Source: Desulfobacterales bacterium (GTDB lineage Bacteria > Desulfobacterota > Desulfobacteria > Desulfobacterales > SKZT01). From it: DNA of 64,000 bases. The position numbers were made by a program, and so were the translations under genes. The DNA lies in NCBI GenBank assembly GCA_018399715.1, contig JAGYNR010000002.1:5687-69686 (forward strand). Reading direction: 5' to 3'. Shown here piece after piece: positions 8,697 to 17,570 of this stretch; within the stretch, counting starts at the first letter, position 1, and each line of letters opens with the position of its first letter. The notes beneath the pieces were generated by a model that searched no databases, was not told where the DNA came from, and worked only from the letters and a program-made list of their open reading frames with translations.

Positions 8697-9338
8697 TTAA
8701 ATAAGCTTGTCGTAGATAAACTGATCTGAATCAGTTGTTTCCAGCCATCCTTTTACCGAAAATCCATTAATATCTTTCTCAGTCATCTTATCTGTTTTGG
8801 TCGTTTCAGAATCGAATATTTTTTTAAATTCAGGAGAACATAAAGACCAGTCAATATCTTCTGCAAGCGGTGATATTCCCGCTTCACAACCGGGGCTGTA
8901 TTCACCGGTGCAAAAATATTCAATGACGGTATCTTCCAGATAAAAATTGCCGTGAGCAAAGCCAGGCGGAATCCATATCCACTCACCTGTCTCATGGTCC
9001 CCGTAAGATGGCATATCGTAGGCGATAATTTTGCCAAAATAGGGAGAATTTTTCCTGATATCCAATACCAGGTCGATCATGTGACCCCTGACAGTTCTCA
9101 CCATTTTTCCCATAAAAGGATTCCATTGAAAATGCAATCCTCTGACAACTCCTTTTTTTGAATAACTTTCATTGGCCTGAACAAATTCGATATCGTTTAA
9201 AAAATTGATCTTCGGATTGGTTTTGTAATCGCTTCTTCTGAATGTCTCCGTAAAATATCCTCTAAAATCAGTGAATCTGCCGAATTTGACAATCAGAACA
9301 TCTGGAATGGCCAGGCTGGTTACCGCTATAATTTTCAT
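8697..9338 (-). CDS. RmlC-like cupin (dTDP-4-dehydrorhamnose 3,5-epimerase family)
   Basis: FTDFRGYFTETF ... VQANESYSKKGVVRGLHFQ ... KMVRTVRGHMIDLVLDIR matches the RmlC signature pattern. The ATG overlaps the upstream stop (ATGA). Confidence 0.8.
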   Translation of the reverse strand: MKIIAVTSLAIPDVLIVKFGRFTDFRGYFTETFRRSDYKTNPKINFLNDIEFVQANESYSKKGVVRGLHFQWNPFMGKMVRTVRGHMIDLVLDIRKNSPYFGKIIAYDMPSYGDHETGEWIWIPPGFAHGNFYLEDTVIEYFCTGEYSPGCEAGISPLAEDIDWSLCSPEFKKIFDSETTKTDKMTEKDINGFSVKGWLETTDSDQFIYDKLI

Positions 9339-10585
9339 CTTGAATCAACTCCATTCATAAAAAAATCTTGTTTGGGGTTCATTATTTCATTGCTATAATT
9401 TTCAATATAATTCATTTTTTTTCGAATTAAAAAACCATGAAACCGGTTCAAGCCGGTTCTTTTTTCCACCGCTGCAACAGACAAAAAATTGGCTGTCCGG
9501 TTTCTCAAAGAAAGTTCATCCTTTTTCCATTCAGAAAGCAGGGGGGTTTGCTTAACAATTCTTTTCAACCAGTATGTGAAACCGGTATTTTGAAAAAAAA
9601 GAACTTGCAGTACCTCATCTTTGTTCTTTATTGGGACGGTAACTTCAAAAGAAGAATTTAAAAATTGTTTTGATGTTATTTTGTCAGAGATAGTTTTTTC
9701 AATAGCTTTTATTAGTTGAATGATATCGGTTCCGGTACAAAATTGCTGCTTGAGATGTTTTTTTCGATAATATCCGTGATAGCCTGCATATTTAATAACT
9801 CCTATCCGGCTGCTGACTGAAACGCTTTTTTTCCATGCCCTTCGCCAATCCCTCAGAAAAATATATCTTTCTTCCAAATATATTTGGTTCAGCCATTTCG
9901 TTATGTCTTTTTTGGTTACTTTAGGTCCCAGATAAATTTTCAAAAAGCGCATTTGGTCGCTATTACTTAATTTTTTGATATTTTTAAAAATTCTTACTGC
10001 ACGGTTTAGCTTGGCCAGATTACGGCTTCGTTTTTCAAAGGAAAGTTTTTTGTATATGCGAATCTTTTCAAGATCCAGAAAATAGAGCTCAAATCTATTG
10101 TTTTGCAGTTGTTGATACAGGATATTATAAGGGGCGAAATCTTCTTGATAAATTCCCTGATCATGGATAAGACGAACCAGTTTGGCATATTTTTCAATAA
10201 CTTTTCTTTTCAGTGAAGTGTCCTGGGGCCGGATGACCTGGAAAAAAAATGTCTCCAAATTCATGCAATCCGGCAACGCTTCCATGACAATAATACTTTT
10301 GCACAAAAAGCCCCATTTTCGGATATCTTTTACTTCTTGGGGAACAATTGTTGGAACCCCTTTTTGACAGATGCGTTTTGCCAAGGAAAGTTCATTATAC
10401 CCTTTGGGACTACAAAAAAAACTGGTTATCTTCGAAAGGCCGGGATAAAAATATATTTTTATGAAATAAGATTGGTGTGGATTATCTGAAGTGCCAGGAC
10501 AGCGCAGGAGCTTTTTTGACCGGGTTTTTCTTATCAAGGTGCAATGTATAAGATCCTGATCCTCACACCTATGCGTATCATACAT
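9335..10585 (-). CDS. lipopolysaccharide kinase (Kdo/WaaP) family protein
   Basis: Kinase-like core: YFIKIY..., LHDQ-type IHDQGIYQEDFAPYNILY, YFLDLEKI (DxD/E-like), as in Kdo/WaaP-type LPS kinases. There is a long C-terminal extension I cannot assign. Confidence 0.65.
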   Translation of the reverse strand: MYDTHRCEDQDLIHCTLIRKTRSKKLLRCPGTSDNPHQSYFIKIYFYPGLSKITSFFCSPKGYNELSLAKRICQKGVPTIVPQEVKDIRKWGFLCKSIIVMEALPDCMNLETFFFQVIRPQDTSLKRKVIEKYAKLVRLIHDQGIYQEDFAPYNILYQQLQNNRFELYFLDLEKIRIYKKLSFEKRSRNLAKLNRAVRIFKNIKKLSNSDQMRFLKIYLGPKVTKKDITKWLNQIYLEERYIFLRDWRRAWKKSVSVSSRIGVIKYAGYHGYYRKKHLKQQFCTGTDIIQLIKAIEKTISDKITSKQFLNSSFEVTVPIKNKDEVLQVLFFQNTGFTYWLKRIVKQTPLLSEWKKDELSLRNRTANFLSVAAVEKRTGLNRFHGFLIRKKMNYIENYSNEIMNPKQDFFMNGVDSR

Positions 10586-10608
10586 TAGAACTCAAATTGC
10601 TCCGGTTT

Positions 10609-11562
10609 TCATTTCTGTTTACTTCTTGGCAATCCCATGCTGTTTGGGCACAGCATTAAGTGCCACAAAAAAAGCCAGGAATAAACACGCCACTTGCTTC
10701 GTAGTCGCTGACTTTTTCCTAAGGTCAGTATTAAGCCTGCCGATGTCAGCAATAAATCAATGCTCAGCCTTACGGGTCGGAAAATACGGAAACATATCCA
10801 GGATAAAAATCCTCTGTTTTTTTTAAAAAAATAGTAACTGGAACGATAGTATTCGATCCAGGTACGAGCCGGAAATTTTTTTTTGGTGGCGGCGCCATGA
10901 ATATGATAAATTTGTGCCTGAGGTAAGTGAAATACCTCATAGCCTGCCTGCCACATTCGATAGCACCAGTCGGTTTCGTCCAGAAAGAAGAAATAATTCT
11001 CATCCATATAGCCGACTTTTTGCATTGCTTCTGTCCTGACCATCATGCAGGCCCCGATCACTGAATCCACCCTCAACGGGGCGTTAAAATTCTGCCGTTT
11101 GCTGGGATATTTTTTAGGAAAAATGATTTTCAGAAGGCTTCTGTTAATCAGTTCCGAGATTAAACCGGGAAAGTTGGCAAAAGAATTTTGTTTTGAACCA
11201 TCTTCGTTAAGATATTGAGGGGCTACGATGCCCGCTGTGAGGGTGTTATCCATAAAAGACACCATCGATTCCATTGCTCCTTTTGTTACTCTGGTATCCG
11301 AGTTGAGAAGCACTGCGTATCGGGAGGAGATAGATGGTAACACCTGATTATTAGCTTTTGCGAATCCTTTATTTTCCTGATTGACAATCAGTTTTACGCG
11401 GGGAAAGTTTTGCTGAACAGCTTCGGCACTTCCATCAACAGAGGCATTGTCGACCACAAAAACCTCATAACTTAAATTTTCTATGCAGTTGAAAACCGAA
11501 TGGAGGCAGTTCAGCAGTAATTCTCTGGTATTCCAGTTGACAATGATAATACTTAGTTCCAT
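10609..11562 (-). CDS. family 2 glycosyltransferase
   Basis: LSIIIVNWNTRELLLNCLHSV ... VFVVDNASVDGS ... LLNSDT ... FFLDETDWCYR: a classic GT2 (rhamnosyltransferase-like) pattern. Confidence 0.88.
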   Translation of the reverse strand: MELSIIIVNWNTRELLLNCLHSVFNCIENLSYEVFVVDNASVDGSAEAVQQNFPRVKLIVNQENKGFAKANNQVLPSISSRYAVLLNSDTRVTKGAMESMVSFMDNTLTAGIVAPQYLNEDGSKQNSFANFPGLISELINRSLLKIIFPKKYPSKRQNFNAPLRVDSVIGACMMVRTEAMQKVGYMDENYFFFLDETDWCYRMWQAGYEVFHLPQAQIYHIHGAATKKKFPARTWIEYYRSSYYFFKKNRGFLSWICFRIFRPVRLSIDLLLTSAGLILTLGKSQRLRSKWRVYSWLFLWHLMLCPNSMGLPRSKQK

Positions 11563-11675
11563 AAGATATAATTTAAGCTTAATCTCCTCAAAAAATTGCT
11601 TTCCAATAGCAGATGTATGTCAAACGGCGCTTGTGATGTCAATTAAATATTTGCCCTTGTCCTGTTCAGAATGAC

Positions 11676-11734
11676 CAGTAAGCAGTAAGCAGTGAGCAGT
11701 AAGGCAAATAAAATCAACTACTCACTGCTTACTT
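11676..11734. repeat. 4 x 7-nt tandem repeat (CAGTAAG/CAGTGAG) forming a 13-bp hairpin with a downstream inverted copy
   Basis: CAGTAAG CAGTAAG CAGTGAG CAGTAAG at 11676-11703. AGTAAGCAGTGAG (11684-11696) is perfectly complementary to CTCACTGCTTACT (11721-11733). Confidence 0.8.
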
Positions 11735-11768
11735 TCTTTGTCATTTCGATTTGGAAAGGGTTTAACTC

Positions 11769-11805
11769 GTGCCTGAACGAAAACCAGGATTTTCGTTCGG
11801 GCACT
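11769..11805. repeat. family 1 short hairpin (REP-like)
   Basis: GTGCCTGAACGAAAA-CCAGG-ATTTTCGTTCGGGCACT. It has the same arms as the termini of the long family 1 elements and lies about 80 nt downstream of the stop at 11887. Confidence 0.8.
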
Positions 11806-11886
11806 AACTCGATATTCAAGTTTTCAGGAAATTTGTTCAACTCCGGCGTTGGGCAAATTAACAAAAACTTGAACATCGAGTTTAGG

Positions 11887-13059
11887 TTACAGTCCGGGTA
11901 AAGCGTCAAGCATCATCCCGTCATGAGTGACATTCAGTTGAAAGCCAACGATATCCTGATCGGAAAAATATTTCACGTATGTAGCTGTTGAAATATCCTG
12001 AAAAAACATCGCTTCTGCCAAGCCCACATATTTTTCATATTTTTCCAGGTGTATGGTTCGGGACGCTACCTGATCACCGGAGTTGTTATAAGCGATTAAG
12101 TTAACATCAGCCATTCCATCTTCAAGATTAACCAGCGCTATACCCGTCGCACCGTTTTTTTCCAGTTTGGGGAAAATGCCTTCCTTTCGGTTTATAGCGA
12201 CGCCTGTATAACCAGCCATTTGGTTCTTTCTGGTAAACAGCTCGAAACCCGTCAACACTTTTGTATTTGATTTAACGTCTATCCAGGCAGTTTCATTTGA
12301 AAGCCCGAGGTTTGAAACCAACCCAAAATATCGTTGATGTCCTGATATGATTTCCGAAATTGAATCCAGTTGATTCCCAAAAATATCGTAAGATGTAATC
12401 GTCAGTCCAATGGTGTCAGCAGATGTGTTATAGGCAACAACTCCGGTTCCCCAACCGTCTTTTACAGCAATATGCGGAAAATACATTTGATCCGTCAAAT
12501 CATCCGTAAGGGCTATGCCACTTAGAATGTTATTTTTTTCATCACAAAAAAGTTCGCTGCCGATACACCCGGAAGCGTTGGTAATAATTGCTGATGATAT
12601 AGAAGGTTGAGACTCTCCACCAAAAAGTTCTGCTATTGTAAAAACACTGCAATAATTTGGCTTTAGCGTGAAGCTTTTCATTTCGCCGGTATTAAAGGTA
12701 ATATTTACAACCCGTGTTTCATTTGAAGTATTCAAAAGGGATAATGTTGTTGTCCATTTTGGTTCTGAAAGTGTCGATGCGATATGGCTGACATAAATGG
12801 TGGATGAATTTATTTCTTCCCTTGAGAATGCCGGAATCGCAACCCTGTATTTGCCGTATTTGTATAATTTGGTATATCCCTTCACCTCAGCATGATTTCC
12901 GCATAAAATAATGTATTGTATGGTTTGAGACTGTGGAAATATCTCCCCGACTAAAATTTCGAGTCGTCCACTGGCAGGTATGTCAATTGGACTTTCGAAA
13001 AGGACTTCTCCGTTATCGCTGTAAGCTTTTAACGAACATTTCCGTTTAACCCATACCAA
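11887..13059 (-). CDS. Asn/Thr-rich beta-repeat protein without its own signal peptide (possibly the 3' part of a frameshifted secreted protein)
   Basis: A 390-aa ORF with repeated motifs of the type LLNTSNETRVVNITF / VVAYNTSADTIGLTITSY / IALVNLEDGMADVNLIAYNNSG. The ORF-track start is a TTG inside the upstream ORF, and there is no leader peptide. Confidence 0.6.
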   Translation of the reverse strand: MVWVKRKCSLKAYSDNGEVLFESPIDIPASGRLEILVGEIFPQSQTIQYIILCGNHAEVKGYTKLYKYGKYRVAIPAFSREEINSSTIYVSHIASTLSEPKWTTTLSLLNTSNETRVVNITFNTGEMKSFTLKPNYCSVFTIAELFGGESQPSISSAIITNASGCIGSELFCDEKNNILSGIALTDDLTDQMYFPHIAVKDGWGTGVVAYNTSADTIGLTITSYDIFGNQLDSISEIISGHQRYFGLVSNLGLSNETAWIDVKSNTKVLTGFELFTRKNQMAGYTGVAINRKEGIFPKLEKNGATGIALVNLEDGMADVNLIAYNNSGDQVASRTIHLEKYEKYVGLAEAMFFQDISTATYVKYFSDQDIVGFQLNVTHDGMMLDALPGL

Positions 13060-13442
13060 CTGGCTTGAAACGAATAAATATTTCCCGCGATATATCCATC
13101 TTGATCCATAATTGCATCACGAGCTGACAAAATAATATTTTCTACGTCTTTAAATTTGAAATTATAATTAAGGTGAACGTCAAAAGAGGTCGAACGATCA
13201 ATAAAATTTTGCTGAAGCGTAGACTTGAAAGATTCATAGGATGTGCATGAACTTGATGATTTTGGAACGTTTTGAATATTACGTGTTGAAAAAGTTGAAA
13301 AAGAGGACGATAGTGAAATATCCTGCCAAACCGGGTTAATCCATTTTAACTGTTTTTGATCCGCAAAAACGATATTGTTATTAAAACCACAAAGCCCGAC
13401 AAAAAATAACGAAATCAGTATCAATGGTTTTTTTAGAAGCAT
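13029..13442 (-). CDS. signal-peptide-bearing N-terminal fragment or small secreted protein
   Basis: MLLKKPLILISLFFVGLCGFNNNIVFA is a Sec-type leader. The ORF ends 31 nt inside the next ORF, in a different frame. Confidence 0.55.
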   Translation of the reverse strand: MLLKKPLILISLFFVGLCGFNNNIVFADQKQLKWINPVWQDISLSSSFSTFSTRNIQNVPKSSSSCTSYESFKSTLQQNFIDRSTSFDVHLNYNFKFKDVENIILSARDAIMDQDGYIAGNIYSFQASWYGLNGNVR

Positions 13443-13687
13443 TTTTAAATTTCTTTTTACCCGATATTCAGCTTTTATTGAGTTGTTTGCGCTACCGTTT
13501 AATATCCGGCAATTTTAATTTTATGAAAACTTTTCATATCCCGTTTTGAGGCATATGCCGGTAAAGAACGCCTCTGATATGATGATTTCATGATAAACCA
13601 AAATAAAAAAAATAGATGATAAATGATAAACAATAATTGCTCAATAAAAAAACAATTATTTTTCCTTTACAAGAACATTGACGACTA

Positions 13688-13716
13688 TTGACAAAAAAGA
13701 GCTTCCTGTCTTAATA
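13688..13716 (+). promoter_or_regulatory. sigma70-type promoter candidate for the nucleoside transporter gene
   Basis: TTGACA (13688-13693), a 17-nt spacer, then TTAATA (13711-13716), about 40 nt upstream of the GTG start. GGGAG SD at 13744-13748. Confidence 0.45.
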
Positions 13717-13754
13717 AAAGGTTTGTGTATTAATGGAGAATTTGGGAGATAAAT

Positions 13755-14990
13755 GTGGCGCAAAGTTTTCTTGGCCTGATGGTTTTTGTTTTCATCGCCT
13801 GGCTTTCCAGTGAGAACAGAAGACGCTTTCCATGGAAACTGGTCGGCGCAGGACTTACCCTACAGTTTTTGATTGCTTTTTTACTGTTGAACGTATCGGT
13901 TTTTCAGACCGGTTTTTTATTACTTAATTCATTGGTCATGACATTGGAAGCGGCAACAACAGCCGGCACATCAATGGTTTTTGGTTATCTTGGCGGCGAT
14001 ACGCTGCCGTTTGATGAATCATTTCCGGGAGCTGCCTACGTTCTGGCTTTTCGTGGTTTGCCGATCATTCTGGTGGTCAGTGCTATTTCATCTCTTTTGT
14101 TTTATTGGAACATTTTACCCCGTATTGTCAACGTTCTTTCTTTGGGTCTGCGAAAAAGCTTTTCTTTAGGCGGTGCTGAAAGTCTCGGGGTTGCTGCAAA
14201 TATATTTATCGGTATGGTTGAATCGCCTATTTTGATCCGACCCTATTTGAAAAGAATAACCCGTAGTGAACTGTTTACTCTGATGACCTGCGGTATGGCG
14301 ACGATTGCAGGAACGGTGATGGTACTGTATGCTAAAATTCTTGAAGGCATTATTCCCAATGCCATGGGTCATATTCTGACTGCCTCGCTGATCAGTGCAC
14401 CAGCGGCTGTTGTGATTGCCAAAGTGATGATTCCTGAAAAGGAATCGGTTACAGAAGGCACTATGATGCCTGATCAGAGTTTTAACAGCAGTATGGATGC
14501 CATCTCCCAGGGAACCTTTCAGGGAGTGCAATTGCTCATCCAGATTGTTGCCATGCTGATTGTCATGGTTGCTTTGATAGAATTGGTAAATCTGATGCTC
14601 GCGTGGTTGCCACTGATATCCGAACCATTAACGTTGCAGAAGCTGGTGGGGTTTGTTTTTGCTCCAATTGCCTGGTTGATGGGAATTCCGTGGCAGGAAG
14701 CGGTAACAGCGGGTTCGTTGCTCGGTATCAAAACGGTCATCAACGAATTTGTGGCATACCTGGAGATGGTTCGGTTAAGCCACGGAGTCATGAGCGAAAA
14801 AAGTGTTCTTATTATTAGTTATGCCTTGTGTGGATTTGCAAATCCGGGTAGTGTGGGAATTATGATTGGCGGATTGAGTGCCATGGCCCCTCAGCGTCGT
14901 CAAGAAATAGTTGCACTAGGCTTTCGTTCCTTGCTTGCAGGTACACTTGCAACTTGTATGACGGGAACCATTGCCGCCTTGCTGCTCTGA
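13755..14990 (+). CDS. NupC/NupG-family concentrative nucleoside transporter
   Basis: A 411-aa polytopic membrane protein with the CNT-family pattern (GAESLGVAANIFIGMVESPILIRPYL, ELFTLMTCGMATIAGTV, INEFVAY, CGFANPGSVG). It has a GTG start; the ATG two nt upstream is out of frame and stops quickly. Confidence 0.88.
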   Translation: MAQSFLGLMVFVFIAWLSSENRRRFPWKLVGAGLTLQFLIAFLLLNVSVFQTGFLLLNSLVMTLEAATTAGTSMVFGYLGGDTLPFDESFPGAAYVLAFRGLPIILVVSAISSLLFYWNILPRIVNVLSLGLRKSFSLGGAESLGVAANIFIGMVESPILIRPYLKRITRSELFTLMTCGMATIAGTVMVLYAKILEGIIPNAMGHILTASLISAPAAVVIAKVMIPEKESVTEGTMMPDQSFNSSMDAISQGTFQGVQLLIQIVAMLIVMVALIELVNLMLAWLPLISEPLTLQKLVGFVFAPIAWLMGIPWQEAVTAGSLLGIKTVINEFVAYLEMVRLSHGVMSEKSVLIISYALCGFANPGSVGIMIGGLSAMAPQRRQEIVALGFRSLLAGTLATCMTGTIAALLL

Positions 14991-15053
14991 AGTTTTTACC
15001 GGTAAAGGACGGGGTATGATTATTTATTGCGACATCCCTAAAACAAAGAGAAT

Positions 15054-15683
15054 ATGATGATATCCATTGAAACCATGATAACATTTCTCACGGCATCCAC
15101 GCTACTTGCCCTGGCACCAGGACCGGACAACATCTTTGTTCTGACCCAGTCGGCATTGCGCGGAAAAGTTGCGGGCATAATGGTAATGTTCGGTTTATGC
15201 ACCGGTCTCATTGTGCATACCAGTGCTGTAACGTTAGGAATTGCCATTATCTTCCAAACATCAGCAATTGCATTTTCTGCTCTGAAGTTTATGGGGGCCG
15301 GTTATCTTTTATATCTTGCCTGGCAAGCTTTCCGCGCATCTTCAAACAAAATTCAAATGACAAACAATGGAAACATCAATTATCGGAAACTATATTGTCG
15401 TGGAATCTTTATGAATATCACAAACCCTAAAGTATCCATTTTTTTTCTGGCATTTCTGCCGCAATTTGCCAATCCAACGAGAGGCCCCGTATCCTTACAA
15501 ATCATGCTGTTAGGAGGTCTGTTTATTCTGTCCACCATATTGGTTTTCGGAAGTATCGCCATTTTGTCTGGCAATCTGGGACAATGGTTCAACAGGTCTG
15601 CTCGTACTCAAAATGCTCTGAACAAGATTGCCGGTACTGTTTTTTTGGGGTTGGCTCTAAAACTTGCTACAACCAAACAATAA
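15054..15683 (+). CDS. LysE/RhtB-family amino-acid exporter
   Basis: A 209-aa six-TM protein. The N-terminal LALAPGPDNIFVLTQS and NPKVSIFFLAFLPQF motifs are typical of the LysE translocator family. Confidence 0.85.
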   Translation: MMISIETMITFLTASTLLALAPGPDNIFVLTQSALRGKVAGIMVMFGLCTGLIVHTSAVTLGIAIIFQTSAIAFSALKFMGAGYLLYLAWQAFRASSNKIQMTNNGNINYRKLYCRGIFMNITNPKVSIFFLAFLPQFANPTRGPVSLQIMLLGGLFILSTILVFGSIAILSGNLGQWFNRSARTQNALNKIAGTVFLGLALKLATTKQ

Positions 15684-15691
15684 GCAAGCAT

Positions 15692-16894
15692 TTATTTGCA
15701 AATTCCGCTGACCATATAAATGGGATCTGCCTCTTTTTTCCCGGGAAAATATTTATCGGTACTTGGCCTGGGAAATCCCCGCCGGGAAAGGGTTTGAATG
15801 TTTTCAAATCGCCCGCTTTCCAGAAAATATTTTGTTACCAGGGCCAATCGTTCAAATTCGTGGATGTGTTTCCAGATATCAATGGCCTTCGGTGGAAACC
15901 ACCGGTTGGAAAATGTAATCACAAATAACCCACCGGGCTTTAATACTCTTGCTGTTTCATTAAATACATCAAAAGGGCGGATCAGGTATTCGACAGATAG
16001 TGAACAGATGACGGCATCAAACCGGTCCGCAGGATAGGGTAACACCGGATGTTGATTTAAATCATGGACTACATACGCAGATAGACGTTGATTGGCAGAA
16101 AGCTCGTTTTTGTTCATTCCTAACCCGTCAACGTGCTTCAGTTGAATATCATCCGGTAAATGGGATTGCCAGCTAGCCATCAAATCCAGGACGACCGTAT
16201 CTTTTTTCAATCGCCTGCGATAAATATTCTGTAAAACAGTTTGTGACATTGCATCAATATGATGTACCATACGATCTTTCTGATAAAAAATATCATCAGG
16301 GGTTGAGTCGTTCCGCTTAAATGTATTTTCATTAAAAAAATCTGTTTTTAAAGTACCGTATCGTGTTTGCATGCCCGGTCCGGTAACCAGTTGGTCTATC
16401 CAGTCACTACAAGTACCGCCGAATTTTCGGTCATTTTGATGAATATTTTGAATTGCCATTTTCAGTCTTGCTTCAATGCCTGAAAATGGATGGTTAAAAT
16501 CGACATCAGCAGTTTTGCTGTTTTGATCAATAAACCGAAACGGCGTGATGTTTTGTTTATATATACCGCTGATGTCGTTTATTATTCCTTTTGGATAAAA
16601 TCGTCCTTTTGCCGGTTGCCCATCATGAAGCCGGGATACATCTAGTTGAGAGATATTGATGGTTTTTAGCAAACTTTCATTGTAATCCGGAACCGCTTCG
16701 CCGGGAGAAAATTTTAATTTGGTTGAAAAACCTTCATGTTTATTTAGAATTTCGTGGGCAACAAATCCTGGAAAATAATCCTGCCAGACATTTACCCGAT
16801 GTCCAAAATATGTATCTTCATGACAAATACCGTTTTTTTCCCAGTTTAAGGAAAAGGAAATATCTCCAAGTGTATCCGATTGCAGAGTTTTCAT
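15692..16894 (-). CDS. fusion protein: SlyD-type FKBP-like N-terminal domain plus class I SAM-dependent methyltransferase
   Basis: The C-terminal half has VLDLMASWQSHLP (motif I-like) and FDAVICSLSVEYL...VLKPGGLFVITF (Methyltransf_11-like). The N-terminal half ends with ADVDFNHPFSGIEARLKMAIQNI, which resembles the SlyD hallmark VVVDGNHMLAGQNLKFNVEVVAI. Confidence 0.7.
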   Translation of the reverse strand: MKTLQSDTLGDISFSLNWEKNGICHEDTYFGHRVNVWQDYFPGFVAHEILNKHEGFSTKLKFSPGEAVPDYNESLLKTINISQLDVSRLHDGQPAKGRFYPKGIINDISGIYKQNITPFRFIDQNSKTADVDFNHPFSGIEARLKMAIQNIHQNDRKFGGTCSDWIDQLVTGPGMQTRYGTLKTDFFNENTFKRNDSTPDDIFYQKDRMVHHIDAMSQTVLQNIYRRRLKKDTVVLDLMASWQSHLPDDIQLKHVDGLGMNKNELSANQRLSAYVVHDLNQHPVLPYPADRFDAVICSLSVEYLIRPFDVFNETARVLKPGGLFVITFSNRWFPPKAIDIWKHIHEFERLALVTKYFLESGRFENIQTLSRRGFPRPSTDKYFPGKKEADPIYMVSGICK

Positions 16895-17185
16895 TTTTTA
16901 CTCCTTGATAATTATTATTCATAACAATTACTATTATACATTGTTTTGATTTTTCAAGTCATTGAACAACAATTAATATTCATAAGTTTTGATTAAAAAA
17001 GGTGGTGCGATTATTTCTTGCTGTGTTGCTTAATAAGATCAATATTTTCCGGTTGTTGACATGTTTGAATTTATTAGGGTAAATTTCTAAAATAAATGCA
17101 AAAACCGTGGCAGAAAAAGTCGATGTTCAACAGCCGGATTACCGGTAAGATCACTTGCCGGATTTCAAAAAAAAGGAGAAAGGGG

Positions 17186-17506
17186 ATGGGGTCTTTGTTC
17201 GAAGCCATACCTGGAGAATTACCTCAAGAAATCTTTGATACCATATGCTTGACAGATACGATAAAAATAGAGCGAATCGTATCGCGGGGTCACGCTTCAC
17301 CCGAAGGATTTTGGTATGATCAGGATAAAAATGAGTTTGTGCTGATAATGCAGGGAAGTGCCGGTCTGAGGTTTGAGAACATGGAAAATATGGTGGTTCT
17401 GAAGACAGGCGATTATTTTAACATTTCGGCTCATACAAAGCATCGGGTGGAATGGACCGACGCTACGTGTGATACAATTTGGCTTGCCGTATTCTATCAG
17501 AGATAA
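17186..17506 (+). CDS. small cupin-domain protein
   Basis: Start at ATG 17186, preceded by AAGGAGAAAGGGG. Cupin beta-barrel pattern: IERIVSRGHASPEGFWYDQDKNEFVLIMQGSAGLRFE...GDYFNISAHTKHRVEW. Confidence 0.7.
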   Translation: MGSLFEAIPGELPQEIFDTICLTDTIKIERIVSRGHASPEGFWYDQDKNEFVLIMQGSAGLRFENMENMVVLKTGDYFNISAHTKHRVEWTDATCDTIWLAVFYQR

Positions 17507-17570
17507 TGACAGTAAGCCTTCTTTGATATATAGTAGCAAATCACCCGATAAAATCCCGGAAAATAATGAT

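Noticed and set aside
11676-11703. Tandem repeat considered as a CRISPR array or minisatellite-encoded peptide.
   Set aside because: The unit is only 7 nt with four copies and no spacers. The ORFs spanning it (11692-11901 plus strand, 11718-11909 minus strand) consist of repeat and hairpin DNA.
17096-17185. Upstream extension of the cupin gene, and the 17469 start of the NTase gene.
   Set aside because: The extension is Lys/Arg-rich and unstructured, and the ATG at 17186 has a strong SD. The 17469 start would overlap the cupin gene, whereas ATG 17571 precedes the conserved NTase region.
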